Positions 47,068 through 57,900 of a stretch of 64,000 nt of DNA are shown here, piece by piece. Source of the stretch: an uncultured delta proteobacterium (GTDB lineage: Bacteria > Desulfobacterota > Binatia > HRBIN30 > BPIQ01); NCBI GenBank assembly GCA_963761335.1, contig CAVXGR010000018.1:928001-992000 (forward strand), written 5' to 3'. Each line of letters opens with the position of its first letter. Within the stretch, counting starts at the first letter, position 1. A model generated the notes under the pieces. It did no database searches, was not told where the DNA came from, and saw only the letters and a program-made list of their open reading frames with translations. The translations under genes and the position numbers were made by a program.

Positions 47068-47318
47068 ACTGGGCCTCCGAGTTTATACCTTAGAATTGTC
47101 GCGCGCACTTGTCGCACCTGGTACACCTTGGCTTTGCTTCCCTCGCGTTGCAGGTTGATCTTCTCCTCGACGCCAGCCTTCCGGAACATATGGTGACTTC
47201 CGCGTATGCGCTCCTCAAAGCCTAGCCGGCGCAGCAGCTGACGGAGGTCGTTGAAGGCGATGTTCGCGTCCGATGTCCCGCGGAGTATGCGAGCCAGGAG
47301 ATCATCGTACTTCCCCAC
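47064..47318 (-). CDS. hicA: HicA family toxin
   Basis: LRRLGFEERIRGSHHMF...AKVYQVRQV; GTGA overlap with hicB. Confidence 0.92.
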   Translation of the reverse strand: MGKYDDLLARILRGTSDANIAFNDLRQLLRRLGFEERIRGSHHMFRKAGVEEKINLQREGSKAKVYQVRQVRATILRYKLGGPV

Positions 47319-47357
47319 GCCCCCCGCTTACAACAACTCTGCACCGTTGCCTAGCGC

Positions 47358-47400
47358 GCCGAACAATAATTGACCTTCCGATGGGTACTAAACCTGCGGC
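47358..47400 (-). other. Putative attI crossover region downstream of intI
   Basis: AT-rich AATTATT-GTTCGGC on the minus strand; GTTCGGC complements R'' of the first attC; no attC hairpin precedes it. Confidence 0.5.
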
Positions 47401-47637
47401 ATAGCGGCCGTCCGACTGATCCCCGTTACGGAGAGAATCTTTTCGCAAATCGGGTGCTTGGATCCGGAATCGCTTGTCATCGACCGGGTTGCTATGCCGC
47501 TTGGCGCTGCGGCCGAATGTGCTGGATCTGCGGCGATCTTCAAGGCGGCTGCATATGCCGCGCGCTTCCGCAGCGTAGCGTCCTTCGAGTGTGTCGGCCT
47601 CATTGGCAACTCTCTCCTGACAGATCCGGTACTTGGC

Positions 47638-48039
47638 TCACGACGGCTTCTCGCCGCCAGGATTGCTACGCGGCGCGTCGGCGCGGGCGATCACGCCAGA
47701 GCCTCCCGCGAGCGGTCGGTCGGCCGGGCTCCGGACGCCATGCCCGCCTCGGTTCAGGACATGCGTGTAGATCATCGTCGTCTTCACGTCGCGATGGCCC
47801 AGCAGCTCCTGGACCGTGCGGATGTCGTAGCCGGCCTCGATGAGGTGGGTCGCGAAGCAGTGTCGCAGCGTGTGCGGGCCAACTGGCTTGGCGATCCCGG
47901 CTTTGCGTGCCGCGTCGTGGACGGCGCGTTGGGGGACAGATTCGGCTTGCACTTGGGGGGGGCTCGTAGATCTCTTCCGGTTCGTACACGGTGGCGGGCC
48001 CGACCGCCACTTGCACCCAAGCGGGGTATTGGCATCCAT
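47638..48039 (-). pseudogene. intI: Integron integrase, C-terminal remnant
   Basis: ESVPQRAV...[60 protein letters not shown]; most of the N-terminal part is absent. Confidence 0.88.
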
Positions 48040-48110
48040 GCGGCTCGATTGGTTCGATCATGCGTCCCGCGCCACTGTGTGAGGAGTGGATAGTGGAGAT
48101 GTTTGCCGGG

Positions 48111-48310
48111 TGTCAAGCTCAGGCTAACCTGTCTGTCGCTGCTCAGGCTAACCTGTCCTAGCCTGTCCCCTGCGGTCCGGCCCCCCGCGGCCATCTTGGC
48201 CACCCGATCCGATCTCCGGCCGCGATCAGGCTGCCCCGCTCGACAGCTCCGCGCCATGGGTGCCAAGATGCGTGCGATGAGCTTCGGGGGGACCTCGTGG
48301 TGATGACTGC
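48111..48310 (-). mobile_element. Remnant end of an IS1202/ISNCY-like element
   Basis: TGTCAA terminus with two 17-bp direct repeats GCTCAGGCTAACCTGTC (48117, 48141); minus frame with HPWR stops at 48158, next to the inner repeat. Confidence 0.55.
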
Positions 48311-48358
48311 ATTTCACCGTGATCGTGTGGGGCGAGGGGCCTCCTCTGAGGCGACAAG

Positions 48359-49753
48359 GTGAGCGAGCACCGTCTGCGGCGGATCGCCTGGCTGATCGGA
48401 GGCTGCTGCCTGCTGGCCGGCTGCGCCACGGCCCGACCGGACCGCGCCCTCGAGGTGGTCACCGGCCTCATCAGCCACAATCTCTGCTCCGAGGTGTTTG
48501 TCACCGGCCTCGATCCCGACGATGCCTATGCGCAGGCGCTGGCGCCGCGGCCGGGCATGGGCCTGATCAACTGGGCCGTTCACTACGATGTCGACCGCGA
48601 GCAGCGGCAGGTGACGACCACGCTGGCCGGGGGCTTCGCCAGCCGCGCACGGTATCGCGACGGTCTGGGATGCGTGCTGGTGCACGGCGAGGTGCCGGCG
48701 GACACTCGACCGGCAGGAGACCAAACGGCTCGAGCAGTGCTGCCCGAGATCGCCGGACCGGCGCCGGTCGAGACGGCCGACGCACGCCTGCGCGCCGCCC
48801 TCGACCTCGCCTTCGCGGAGCCCGAGCATCCGCCCTATCGACGGACGAGAGCGGTCGTCGTCGTGCACGACGGCCGTGTCGTTGCCGAGCGCTATGCGCC
48901 CGGATACGGCATCGACACGCCATTCCTGGGCTACTCGGCGACCAAGTCCGTGATCAGCGCCCTGGTCGGTGTCCTGGTGCGCGACGGGCGGCTTTCGGTC
49001 GGTGATCCGGCGCCGGTGACCGCCTGGGCAGGGCAGGGCGACCCCCGACACGCGATCACCCTCGACCACCTGCTGCGCATGACCAGCGGCCTGGCGCTCG
49101 ACGAGACCGATACTCCCTTCGCCCCGGTGGCCCGCATGCTCTATCTCGAGCGCGACATGGCGGGGTATGCGGAGAGCGTCCCCCTCGACGCCGCGCCCGG
49201 AAGCCGCTGGCGTTATACCAGCGGCAACACTCTCATCGTGTCGCGGATCGTTCGCGACGCCGCCGGCGGAACCGCGGCCGATGTGCTCCGCTTCGCGCGC
49301 CAAGAGCTGTTCGCGCCGCTCGGCATGCGCCACGTGACCCTGGAGGTCGACGCCACCGGAACGCCCGTCGGCTCGACGTACATGCTGGCCTCGGCGCGCG
49401 ACTGGGCTCGCTTCGGGATGCTCTATCTCGATGACGGCGTCGTCGGTGGCCGGCGTATTCTTCCGGAGGGGTGGGTGCGCTACTCGACCATGCCGACCCT
49501 GGACACCGGCTACGGCGCCGGCTTCTGGACCAATCTCGTCGGCGGTCACATCCCCTGGTCGTCGGTCGTCTGGAGCATACCGGGGGCGCCGCGCGACACG
49601 TTCTATGCGCGCGGGCTGCTCGGGCAGTACGTCGTGGTGATTCCCTCGCAGCGGCTGGTGATCGCGCGCCTCGGTCTGTCACACGGCCCCGGAGCAGACA
49701 TCGAAGGCGTCGGCCGTCTGGTTACGGACGTGATCGAGGCGTTTCAGAGCTGA
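48359..49753 (+). CDS. Serine hydrolase, beta-lactamase-related family, lipoprotein
   Basis: Lipobox LAGC, SATK (SxxK), LLRMTSGL, WRYTSG. Confidence 0.9.
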   Translation: MSEHRLRRIAWLIGGCCLLAGCATARPDRALEVVTGLISHNLCSEVFVTGLDPDDAYAQALAPRPGMGLINWAVHYDVDREQRQVTTTLAGGFASRARYRDGLGCVLVHGEVPADTRPAGDQTARAVLPEIAGPAPVETADARLRAALDLAFAEPEHPPYRRTRAVVVVHDGRVVAERYAPGYGIDTPFLGYSATKSVISALVGVLVRDGRLSVGDPAPVTAWAGQGDPRHAITLDHLLRMTSGLALDETDTPFAPVARMLYLERDMAGYAESVPLDAAPGSRWRYTSGNTLIVSRIVRDAAGGTAADVLRFARQELFAPLGMRHVTLEVDATGTPVGSTYMLASARDWARFGMLYLDDGVVGGRRILPEGWVRYSTMPTLDTGYGAGFWTNLVGGHIPWSSVVWSIPGAPRDTFYARGLLGQYVVVIPSQRLVIARLGLSHGPGADIEGVGRLVTDVIEAFQS

Positions 49754-49815
49754 GGCGATGGCTGCTCGCCGCAAAGGCCTGGCGGTCTGCGGCGGAGAGA
49801 GTAGGATTTGAGCAC

Positions 49816-50094
49816 ATGATTGAGGTGCGCCAGACGGGGACAGGGGAGCCGCTCGAGTTTCGCGTCACGGTCCGAGACGACGGTGGCGAGAGCCGCCACC
49901 GCGTGACCATGAGCGAGGCGACCTTCGAGAAGCTCGGTGGCGGCAAGCGCAACGCCGAGGACTGCGTGCGCGCCGCCTTTGGCTTCCTGCTCGACCGGGA
50001 GTCGAAGGAGGCGATCCTCGAGCGCTTCGACGTCAGCGTGATCTCGCGCTACTTCCCCGAGTTCGAGCGCGAGATCGGCCGATATCTGGAGTAG
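49816..50094 (+). CDS. Hypothetical protein
   Basis: Compact ORF with typical codon usage; AFGFLLDRESKEAILERFDVSVISRYFPEFE. Confidence 0.75.
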   Translation: MIEVRQTGTGEPLEFRVTVRDDGGESRHRVTMSEATFEKLGGGKRNAEDCVRAAFGFLLDRESKEAILERFDVSVISRYFPEFEREIGRYLE

Positions 50095-50119
50095 CGGGAG
50101 CGGCCGCCGCCAGAGCACC

Positions 50120-51028
50120 TCAGCTCACCGGCGGCGGCTCGAGCGGCATGACCTCGTGGAAGCGCGCGTAGTCGATGATGCGGCGTCCCTCGTCGTCGAA
50201 ATGCAGGATGTCGACGAAGCGCGCGTGCCAGGCGATGTCGTCGGCGTTGTAAGCGTGCCGGGCATGCACCGTCTGCATAAGGGCGTCGTCGAGGCCCATC
50301 ACGGTGACCAGCACGGAGGCATTGGCGGCCGCGAGCCTTTCCGGGGTGGCGCCGAACAGCGGGCTGGTCTCGAGCAGCGGATGGTAGACGGTCCAGGTGA
50401 GCTGGAAGAGCGGGGTGGAGTTGCGCAGCAGCGGCAGATCGTGAAAGCGGCGGATGTGCTCCCCGTCACTGGTGATCTCGTCGCGGGCCAGGGACACGCG
50501 GATCTGTGCCTCGACGATCTGGTTGGCGCGCTCGTTGCCGATGCGCAGCATGAGCATTGGGGTGCCGTCATGGCGCCCGACGACGGCGTGGCGGCTGAAG
50601 AGGATGCGCGCCGTCGGCGTGGAGAACTTGGCGAACACCAGGCCGGTGACCGTGGCGGTGAGCAGCAGGCCGAAGAGAGCTTCGGCCGTCATCAGCAGGT
50701 GCGCCGCGGTTCCGAGCGGCGCCATGGTTCCGTAGCCGATGGTGGACATGGTCTCGACGCTGAAGAAGAAGGCGTCGGCAAATGACCCCGGGCGAGCGTT
50801 GGTGATGACGTCGCCGCAGGCCAGGAAGGCCAGGGCGAAGAGGGCATTGCTAACCATGTAGAAGATGCAGATGCCGGCGAGCAATCGCAGCCAGGAGGCG
50901 CTGCGTAGGCCGAAGTAGAGATCGCTCGGGCGCAGCGCTCCGCGCCCGAGCCGCACGGCGTTGACGCGGCCGTTGGGCCACATCGGTCGGTGACGGCGGC
51001 GGAAGGGGCCCAACCGGGTCGAGCTCAT
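50120..51028 (-). CDS. Inward-rectifier potassium channel (KirBac)
   Basis: [14 protein letters not shown] filter, [22 protein letters not shown]. Confidence 0.92.
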   Translation of the reverse strand: MSSTRLGPFRRRHRPMWPNGRVNAVRLGRGALRPSDLYFGLRSASWLRLLAGICIFYMVSNALFALAFLACGDVITNARPGSFADAFFFSVETMSTIGYGTMAPLGTAAHLLMTAEALFGLLLTATVTGLVFAKFSTPTARILFSRHAVVGRHDGTPMLMLRIGNERANQIVEAQIRVSLARDEITSDGEHIRRFHDLPLLRNSTPLFQLTWTVYHPLLETSPLFGATPERLAAANASVLVTVMGLDDALMQTVHARHAYNADDIAWHARFVDILHFDDEGRRIIDYARFHEVMPLEPPPVS

Positions 51029-52296
51029 GGCGCGGCACTCTCCACCGCGACGGGGACATGGGTGCCGATCGGCGTCGACTTGCCGCGCACCGGCAGCATC
51101 TCTGCGGGAGTGAAGTGAAGGTCGCCGGCGACGCGCCGGCGGGTCTCGTCGGAGACCAGCACTCCGACGCCATGCACCTTGGTCAGCTGCTCGATGCGCG
51201 CTGCGACGTTCACCGTGTCGCCGATGGCGGTGTACTCGCGCCGCCGCGGGGCGCCGATGTCGCCGAGAATGACGCGGCCGGAGTGGATGCCGATGCCCAT
51301 GCGCAGCTCCGCCTCGCCGCGCGCCCGGCGGGTGACATTGAGCCGCGAGAGCTGCTCCTGCATCGCCAGGGCGCAGCGCACGGCGCGCTCGGCGTGATCC
51401 GGCTGCGGCAGCGGTGCGCCGAAGTACGCCATGAGTCCGTCCCCCATGTACTTGTCGAGTGTGCCTCCGTGGGCGAAGAGCTGGTCGACCATGCCGCTGA
51501 GAAACTCGTTGAGGGTCTCCACCACCATACGCGGCTCCAGCTTTTCCGCCAGAGCGGTGAAGTCGCGGATGTCGGCGAAGAGCACGGTGACCTCGCGGCT
51601 CTCGCCGACCTCCAGCGCCGAGTCGCCGCCGGTCTCGAGAAGGGCGGCGATCTGCGGTGAGAAGTAGCGACCGAGGCGATCGCGGCGCAGCTGCTCGCGG
51701 GCGACGCTCTCGACCAGGCGCACGGTGCGGCCGCGAGCGTAGAGGCTGATGGCAGTGAAGAAGATGAGCCCGAGCGCTCCCTGGGCGATGATGGACGGGT
51801 AATTGACGTGCTCCCAGTAGATCAGCGCCGTCTGCAGGACGATGCCGACGCCGGCGGCGAGGCGGATCTGCGCCGTGTCCAGTGACAGTGAGGTGAGAAG
51901 GATCAGCACGCCAAAATAGATCGGTGAGAAGACGACCATGGTGGCGGCGTCGCTGTCCGCCCCGGCCGCGTGCAGGTCGCGGGCGAGATTCAGGATCATC
52001 AGGCTCACCATCGGCATGTCGATCAGGGGGATGGCGAGCGCTGCGACGCGGGCCCAGAAGCGCGAGCTCCAGGCGCCGATGAGGAGCACGACGGCGATGG
52101 CGACGTAGATGCCGAGAGGGGCGAGCGGCCCGGCGATGAAATTCGGTACGAAGAACCGAAAGGCGAGGATGAGCAGTGCCACGTTCACCAGACCGGCGAG
52201 GCGGAAGACGGCGATCTGGCGGCCATTGCGCCGCTGCTCCGCGATCAACGCGGCGGCAAAGGCGCTGCGACCCTGCTCGGTGGCGGCTGGCGTCAC
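51025..52296 (-). CDS. Membrane-bound class III adenylate/guanylate cyclase
   Basis: About six TM helices; [38 protein letters not shown]. Confidence 0.92.
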   Translation of the reverse strand: MTPAATEQGRSAFAAALIAEQRRNGRQIAVFRLAGLVNVALLILAFRFFVPNFIAGPLAPLGIYVAIAVVLLIGAWSSRFWARVAALAIPLIDMPMVSLMILNLARDLHAAGADSDAATMVVFSPIYFGVLILLTSLSLDTAQIRLAAGVGIVLQTALIYWEHVNYPSIIAQGALGLIFFTAISLYARGRTVRLVESVAREQLRRDRLGRYFSPQIAALLETGGDSALEVGESREVTVLFADIRDFTALAEKLEPRMVVETLNEFLSGMVDQLFAHGGTLDKYMGDGLMAYFGAPLPQPDHAERAVRCALAMQEQLSRLNVTRRARGEAELRMGIGIHSGRVILGDIGAPRRREYTAIGDTVNVAARIEQLTKVHGVGVLVSDETRRRVAGDLHFTPAEMLPVRGKSTPIGTHVPVAVESAAP

Positions 52297-52434
52297 GTTC
52301 GACCCACTCGCGGCGAAAGCTATGCAGAGCCGCGCCGGGGACGCAAGCTCGACGGCGGCTCGGGCAGTGTCCCAAATTCCCCCGACGCGGATGCTGACGA
52401 GGGCGATTGGCTGTCTTCCGGTCGCTGCGGGCGT

Positions 52435-52473
52435 GGGCTTCCTCTCCCGCAGGCAATGCGGGAGAGGAGACCC
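52435..52473. repeat. Palindromic extragenic repeat (CCTCTCCCGC...GCGGGAGAGG type)
   Basis: TCCTCTCCCGCA-ggcaa-TGCGGGAGAGGA; related hairpins at 54864-54944. Confidence 0.7.
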
Positions 52474-52620
52474 AGTGTGTGGCGCCGGAAACGGTCGCAG
52501 ACGTCAAATTGGGACACTACCGCGGCACTCGGGTGATGTCCCGGTACTGCCGATCGGCCTCGCCCTCCCCATTCGGAGATCTTCGTGGCACACTGGCGCT
52601 TTCCGCAAAGAGGAGGGGAG

Positions 52621-53604
52621 ATGTCCGAACCTACGGAGCTGAAGCTGATCCGCTGGGAAACGCTGAGCAAGCGGCGGTTCGATCAGATCGACCGCGAGCG
52701 CGCCGTCGTGCTGGTGACCTGCTCACCGCTCGAGGTGCACGGGCCGCACCTGCCGCTGGGCGCCGACGCACTGGAGGGAGAAGGGCTGGCGGAGCGCACC
52801 CTCGAGTTCCTTCCCGAGCGCCACCGCGACCGCGCCTTCGTGAAGCTTCCCTTCATCTATACGGCGACGGACACCGTGCCACATCCGGGCTCGCTGTTCT
52901 TTCGGCCCTCCACCACCATCCGCGTCCTCGAGGACCTCGGCCGCTCGCTGGCGGCGCAGGGTTTTCGCAACGTGCTGGTCTCCAACTTTCACGGTAGCCC
53001 GCGGCACTTCCTCGCCATCGAGACCGCCTGCGACCGCGTCAGCCGCGAGCGCAAGATCAACATGGTGTGCATCTTCTCGGTGATGTTGAGCCGTCTCACT
53101 GGTGGCAGCTCGGAGCTCTACGAGGTGCTCGGTGCCCTGCCGGGAGTGCGCCGCGAGGATCTCGTCGGCGACACGCACGGCGGCCTGGTGGAGACCTCGC
53201 AGCTTCTCGCCCTTCACCCGGAATGGGTGGAGCGCGATTACGCCAGCCTGCCGCGGCGTACCATCGACGGCTGGCTGGCCGAGCGCGGCGAGGCGCCGCC
53301 CGAGGGCGAGCGGGGCAAACCGGCGGGAATTCTCACCATGATCAAGGCGTTTCAGGCAGGGCTGCGCTTCTTCCGCGCCGAGACCTATGCGGGAGCGCCC
53401 GGATCGGCGTCGGCGGAGCTGGGAAACCACTTCCTCGAGACGCTGGCATCGCGCACGGCCGAGGCCGTCGCCGAGATCCTCGACGGCACCCTGGCGCCCG
53501 CGGACTGTCATTCGCCTCTGTGGAACCGACGCTTTCTCTTCGTCAACCCGTGGATGGTGCGCTTCTTCAATCGCTGGCTGCGCATTCCCGAGGGCGTTGC
53601 CTGA
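52621..53604 (+). CDS. Creatininase family amidohydrolase
   Basis: EVHGPHLPLGAD, HPGS, NFHG, HGGLVETS. Confidence 0.88.
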   Translation: MSEPTELKLIRWETLSKRRFDQIDRERAVVLVTCSPLEVHGPHLPLGADALEGEGLAERTLEFLPERHRDRAFVKLPFIYTATDTVPHPGSLFFRPSTTIRVLEDLGRSLAAQGFRNVLVSNFHGSPRHFLAIETACDRVSRERKINMVCIFSVMLSRLTGGSSELYEVLGALPGVRREDLVGDTHGGLVETSQLLALHPEWVERDYASLPRRTIDGWLAERGEAPPEGERGKPAGILTMIKAFQAGLRFFRAETYAGAPGSASAELGNHFLETLASRTAEAVAEILDGTLAPADCHSPLWNRRFLFVNPWMVRFFNRWLRIPEGVA

Positions 53605-53664
53605 GCCGCGCCTGGGAGCGCGGCCATCTTGGCCGCAGTCTCACGGCGTCCGCGAGGGCGGCGA

Positions 53665-54786
53665 CTACGGCTGGCTCTCCAGATAGGTATCGAGGATCTT
53701 CGGCCAGCGGTCGGACTGCACGATCGCCAGCAGCGTCTGGTTGATCGGCTCGGCCAGGGGGCTTCCCGTCGGCAGAGCGATCGCGTACTCCTGCCGCTCG
53801 AGAGTGAAGGGGAGCACCCGCAACGCGTCTCTCGACTCGCGGGCGATCTGGTATCGCAGGATCGGTTCATCGTAGACGGTCGCGTCGGCGGCGCCCGAGG
53901 CCACGGCCCGCAGCGCTGCGTCGACGTCGGGGTAACCGTGGCTGCGGATGTGGTGCTGTCGCAGATAGCCGAAGCTGGTGCTGCCGGGCACAGTGGCCAC
54001 CCGGGCGCTGGCGAGATCTTCCGGGCGCCGGATCGCCGACTGCAGCTGCGACACCGTCAGGGTCGAGGCGATCGCTGCAGTGAATCCCGAGATGGTGATG
54101 ATGCTGGCGAACATCCACAGAAGTGCCACCAGCCGGCCGCCGACGGTGATCGGGGCCTTGTCGCCGTAGCCCACCGTCGTCATGGTCACCGCCGACCACC
54201 AGAAGCCGGAGCCGATGCCGCGAATCGCCCCGCCGCCGAAATGCTGCGGATTGCGGCGCCGTTCGAACAGCCACACGGCGAGACCGGCGATCAGCAGGAC
54301 GATCGCCAGGGCTGCGGCCGCCTGAAAGAACTGCCAGGAGAAGAGCTGGAGCAGGGCGGTGCGCCAGCGGCTCTCGCCGCGCAACACGGCGACCCCGAGC
54401 CCGGAGGTGTAGAACGCGTGGCTGAAGTCGAACTCGCGTTCGCGCTCGGCGGTCATGGTGAGGGCCGCGACCACGGCATCGAGGGAGCCGTCGCGCAGCC
54501 CGTCGAGAAGCTCCGGCAGGTCGCGCTCCTCGAAATCGTAGTCGAGGTTCAGATCGGAGGCGATCTGGCGCCAGAGATCGATGCTGATCCCCTGCCAGGA
54601 GCCATCCTCGCCCTTGAAGGAGAACGGCGGTGCCTCCTTGGTGCCGATGTGCAGGCGCTTCGCCGGCGGCGTCTGTGCCGCGACTGCTGCGGAGGCCATG
54701 GCGATACAGAGGAGGAAAACGGCGGCGGGCTTCAGCAGTGAGGAAAGCGCGCCGCGCCGTGCACGACTTCGTTCCGCTCCTTGCAT
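53665..54786 (-). CDS. GluR0-like ligand-gated K+ channel (substrate-binding domain split by a pore domain); start uncertain
   Basis: APPFS, GISIDLW, TAERE..FDFS, FWWSAVTMTTVGYGD, VYDEPIL. Confidence 0.88.
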   Translation of the reverse strand: MQGAERSRARRGALSSLLKPAAVFLLCIAMASAAVAAQTPPAKRLHIGTKEAPPFSFKGEDGSWQGISIDLWRQIASDLNLDYDFEERDLPELLDGLRDGSLDAVVAALTMTAEREREFDFSHAFYTSGLGVAVLRGESRWRTALLQLFSWQFFQAAAALAIVLLIAGLAVWLFERRRNPQHFGGGAIRGIGSGFWWSAVTMTTVGYGDKAPITVGGRLVALLWMFASIITISGFTAAIASTLTVSQLQSAIRRPEDLASARVATVPGSTSFGYLRQHHIRSHGYPDVDAALRAVASGAADATVYDEPILRYQIARESRDALRVLPFTLERQEYAIALPTGSPLAEPINQTLLAIVQSDRWPKILDTYLESQP

Positions 54787-54863
54787 GCTTCCGAGTCTAG
54801 GCACATCGACGGGTGCTTGCGAACCGATCGGCGATTGTGCCCGCAAAGCTGCGAGCGTGGGTT

Positions 54864-54944
54864 CCCTCTCCCGCATTGCCGGCGGGAGAGGGTCAGGGTG
54901 AGGGCGCCGATTAGTCCTCTCCCCGCGGAAATGCGGGGAGAGGA
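54864..54944. repeat. Pair of palindromic extragenic repeats
   Basis: CCCTCTCCCGC-N7-GCGGGAGAGGG and TCCTCTCCCCGC-N6-GCGGGGAGAGGA. Confidence 0.7.
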
Positions 54945-54993
54945 AACCCTTCCCCGGCTTGCCCTCGCGGCAGCGGCGTGTTCCTCTCACCGA

Positions 54994-57900
54994 ATGCGCA
55001 GAGAGCCGGAGAGCCCCCTGGCTCGCTTCTCGGCGGCGACGCGGTCGTGGTTCGAGTCCAGCTTCGACGTCCCCACCGCGGCGCAGACCGGCGCCTGGGC
55101 GGCGATTGCCTCGGGGCGCAGTGCCCTGGTTTCAGCGCCCACGGGCTCGGGCAAGACGCTGGCGGCGTTTCTCTGGGCTCTCGACCGCCTGGCGACGGAG
55201 CCGCGACGGGAGGATGGCGTTCGCGTTCTCTACATCTCGCCGCTGAAGGCGCTGGCCGTCGATATCGAGCGCAACCTGCGGGCGCCACTCGCCGGCATCC
55301 GCGCCGCCGCTATGCAGCTGGGGCTGCCGCCGCCCGAAATCTCCGTCGCCTTGCGCACCGGCGATACGCCGCAGCAGGAACGGCGGCGCTTCGGACGGCA
55401 GCCGGCGGACATCCTGATCACCACGCCGGAGTCGCTCTTCCTCCTGCTGACCTCGGCGGCGCGCGAGGCGCTGCGCCCGGTGCACACGGTGATCGTCGAC
55501 GAGGTGCACGCCGTCGCCGACAGCAAGCGCGGCACCCATCTCGCCCTCAGCCTGGAACGGCTCGACTGCCTGCTGCGGGTTCCGGCGCAGCGGGTGGGCC
55601 TGTCGGCCACGGTGCGGCCGCTCGAGGAGGTGGCGCGCTTCCTCGGCGGCGCCCACCCGGTGGAGATCGTCTCGGCTCCCGGCGCCAAGGCGCTGGACCT
55701 CTCGGTGGTGGTGCCGGTGGAGGACCTCGGCGCCCTGGCGCAGGCGTCGGCGCCCGGCGACTCGCCGGAGCGGCGGCACAGCATCTGGCCGCACGTCGAC
55801 GAGCGTCTGCTGGACCTGGTGCGCCAGCACCGCAGCACCATCATCTTCGCGAACTCGCGGCGCCTGGCGGAGCGGCTGTGCACGCGGCTCAACGATCTCG
55901 CCGGCGAGCCGGTGGCCCGCGCCCATCACGGCTCGGTCAGCCGCGAGCAGCGCGCCGGCATCGAGGACGCCCTGCGGCGCGGCGAGCTGCGCGCCGTGGT
56001 CGCCACCAGCTCGCTGGAGCTCGGCATCGACATGGGCGCCGTCGATCTGGTGGTGCAGGTGGAGACTCCGGACTCGGTGGCGACCGGGCTGCAGCGCGTC
56101 GGCCGCGCCGGCCACCAGGTGGGCGCCGTCAGCCGCGGTGTCTTCTTTCCGAAGCATCGCGCCGACCTGCTCGAATCGACCGTGGTCGTCGAGCGCATGC
56201 GCGCCGGCGCCATCGAGGAGATTCGCTTCCCGCGCAACCCGCTCGACGTGCTGGCGCAGCAGATCGTCGCCATGGTGGCCATGGACGAGTGGGTGGTCGA
56301 TGCCCTCGAGGAGGTGATCCGCCGCGCCGCTCCCTACGCCGAGCTGCCTCGCGCCGCGCTGGAAGGGGTGCTCGACATGCTGGCCGGCGGCTACCCGGCC
56401 GATCTGATTGCGGCGCTGCGGCCGCGCCTCAACTGGGATCGCGTCACCCAGCGCCTCACGCCGCGCGCCGGAGCGCAGGGGCTGGCGGTGACCTCGGGCG
56501 GCACCATTCCCGACCGCGGCCTCTACGGGGTCTTCCTCTCCGGTGAGCGCTCGACGCGCGTCGGCGAGCTGGACGAGGAGATGGTCTACGAGAGCCGCGT
56601 GGGGGAGGTGTTCGTTCTCGGCTCGTCGAGCTGGCGCATCGAGGACATCACCCACGATCGGGTTCTGGTTTCGCCGGCGCCCGGCCAGCCGGGGAAGATG
56701 CCGTTCTGGCATGGCGACGCACCGGGCCGACCTCTCGAGCTCGGGCGCGCTCTCGGCGCCTTCGTTCGCGAGCTCGGCGAGCGCCCTCCGGCGGCGCAGA
56801 TCGAGCGCCTGCGGAGCGCCGGTCTGGATGCGGCGGCCGCGGGCAACCTGGTGCGCTACCTCGCCGAGCAGCGCCAGGCGACTGGGGCTGTGCCCGACGA
56901 CGAGACCATCGTCGTCGAGCGCTTCCGCGACGCCGTCGGCGATTGGCGCGTCTGCGTGCACTCCTGGTTCGGAGCGCGCGTGCACGCTCCCTGGGCGCGG
57001 GCCATCGAAGCCCGCCTGCGCCATCGACTCGGTCTCGCCGTGCAGTCGATGTACACCGACGATGGGATCGTCCTGCGCATTCCCGAGGCCGACGATGCCC
57101 CGCTGGCCGAGGCGGTGGTCTTCGATGCGGAGGAGATCGAGGATCTGGTCACCGCCGAGATGGGCGACTCGTCGCTCTTCGCCAGCCGCTTTCGCGAGTG
57201 CGCCGGGCGGGCTCTGCTGCTACCGCGGCGCCGTCCGGGAGCGCGCGCGCCGCTCTGGCAGCAGCGACAGAAGAGCGCCATGCTTCTGCAGGTGGCCAGC
57301 CGCCATCCGTCCTTCCCCATCGTCCTCGAGACCTATCGCGAGTGTCTGCGGGACGTCTTCGATCTGCCGGCGTTGAAGGAGCTGTTGGCGGCGGTGCGCC
57401 GGGGAAGGGTGCACATGGTGCAGGCGGACACGCCGCTTCCCTCGCCGTTCGCCACCTCCTTGCAGCTCAGCTACGTGGGCTCGTTCATGTACGAGGGCGA
57501 CGCGCCTCTGGCGGAGCGGCGCGCCCAGGCGCTCTCCCTCGACCGCTCCTTGCTGGCGGAGCTGATGGGCCGGGCCGAGCTCCGCGACCTCCTCGACGCC
57601 AAAGCTGTTGCGGAGGTGGAGGCCCAGCTGCAGCATCTCGACCCGGAGCGCCGCGCCGGCGACGCCGATGCGCTGCACGACCTGCTGCGCACCGTGGGCG
57701 ATCTCTCCGCGGCGGAGGTCGCGGCGAGAGCCGGAGACGCGGCGGCGACGACGGCGGAGTGGTGCGAGCAGCTGCGCCGCTCGCACCGGGCGCTGCGCTT
57801 GCGCATTGCGGGGGAGGAGCGATGGATCGCCATCGAGGACGCCGCCCGCTACCGCGATGCGATCGGCGCCGTCATTCCACCGGGAGTGCCGGCGGCGTTT

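Noticed and set aside
48359..49753. Antibiotic-resistance beta-lactamase cassette
   Set aside because: Generic SxxK serine hydrolase outside the attC array; resistance is not supported by the sequence
52621..53604. MftE-like RiPP peptidase for the radical SAM cluster
   Set aside because: 30 kb from the cluster, no mycofactocin genes nearby, and creatininase-family proteins are widespread
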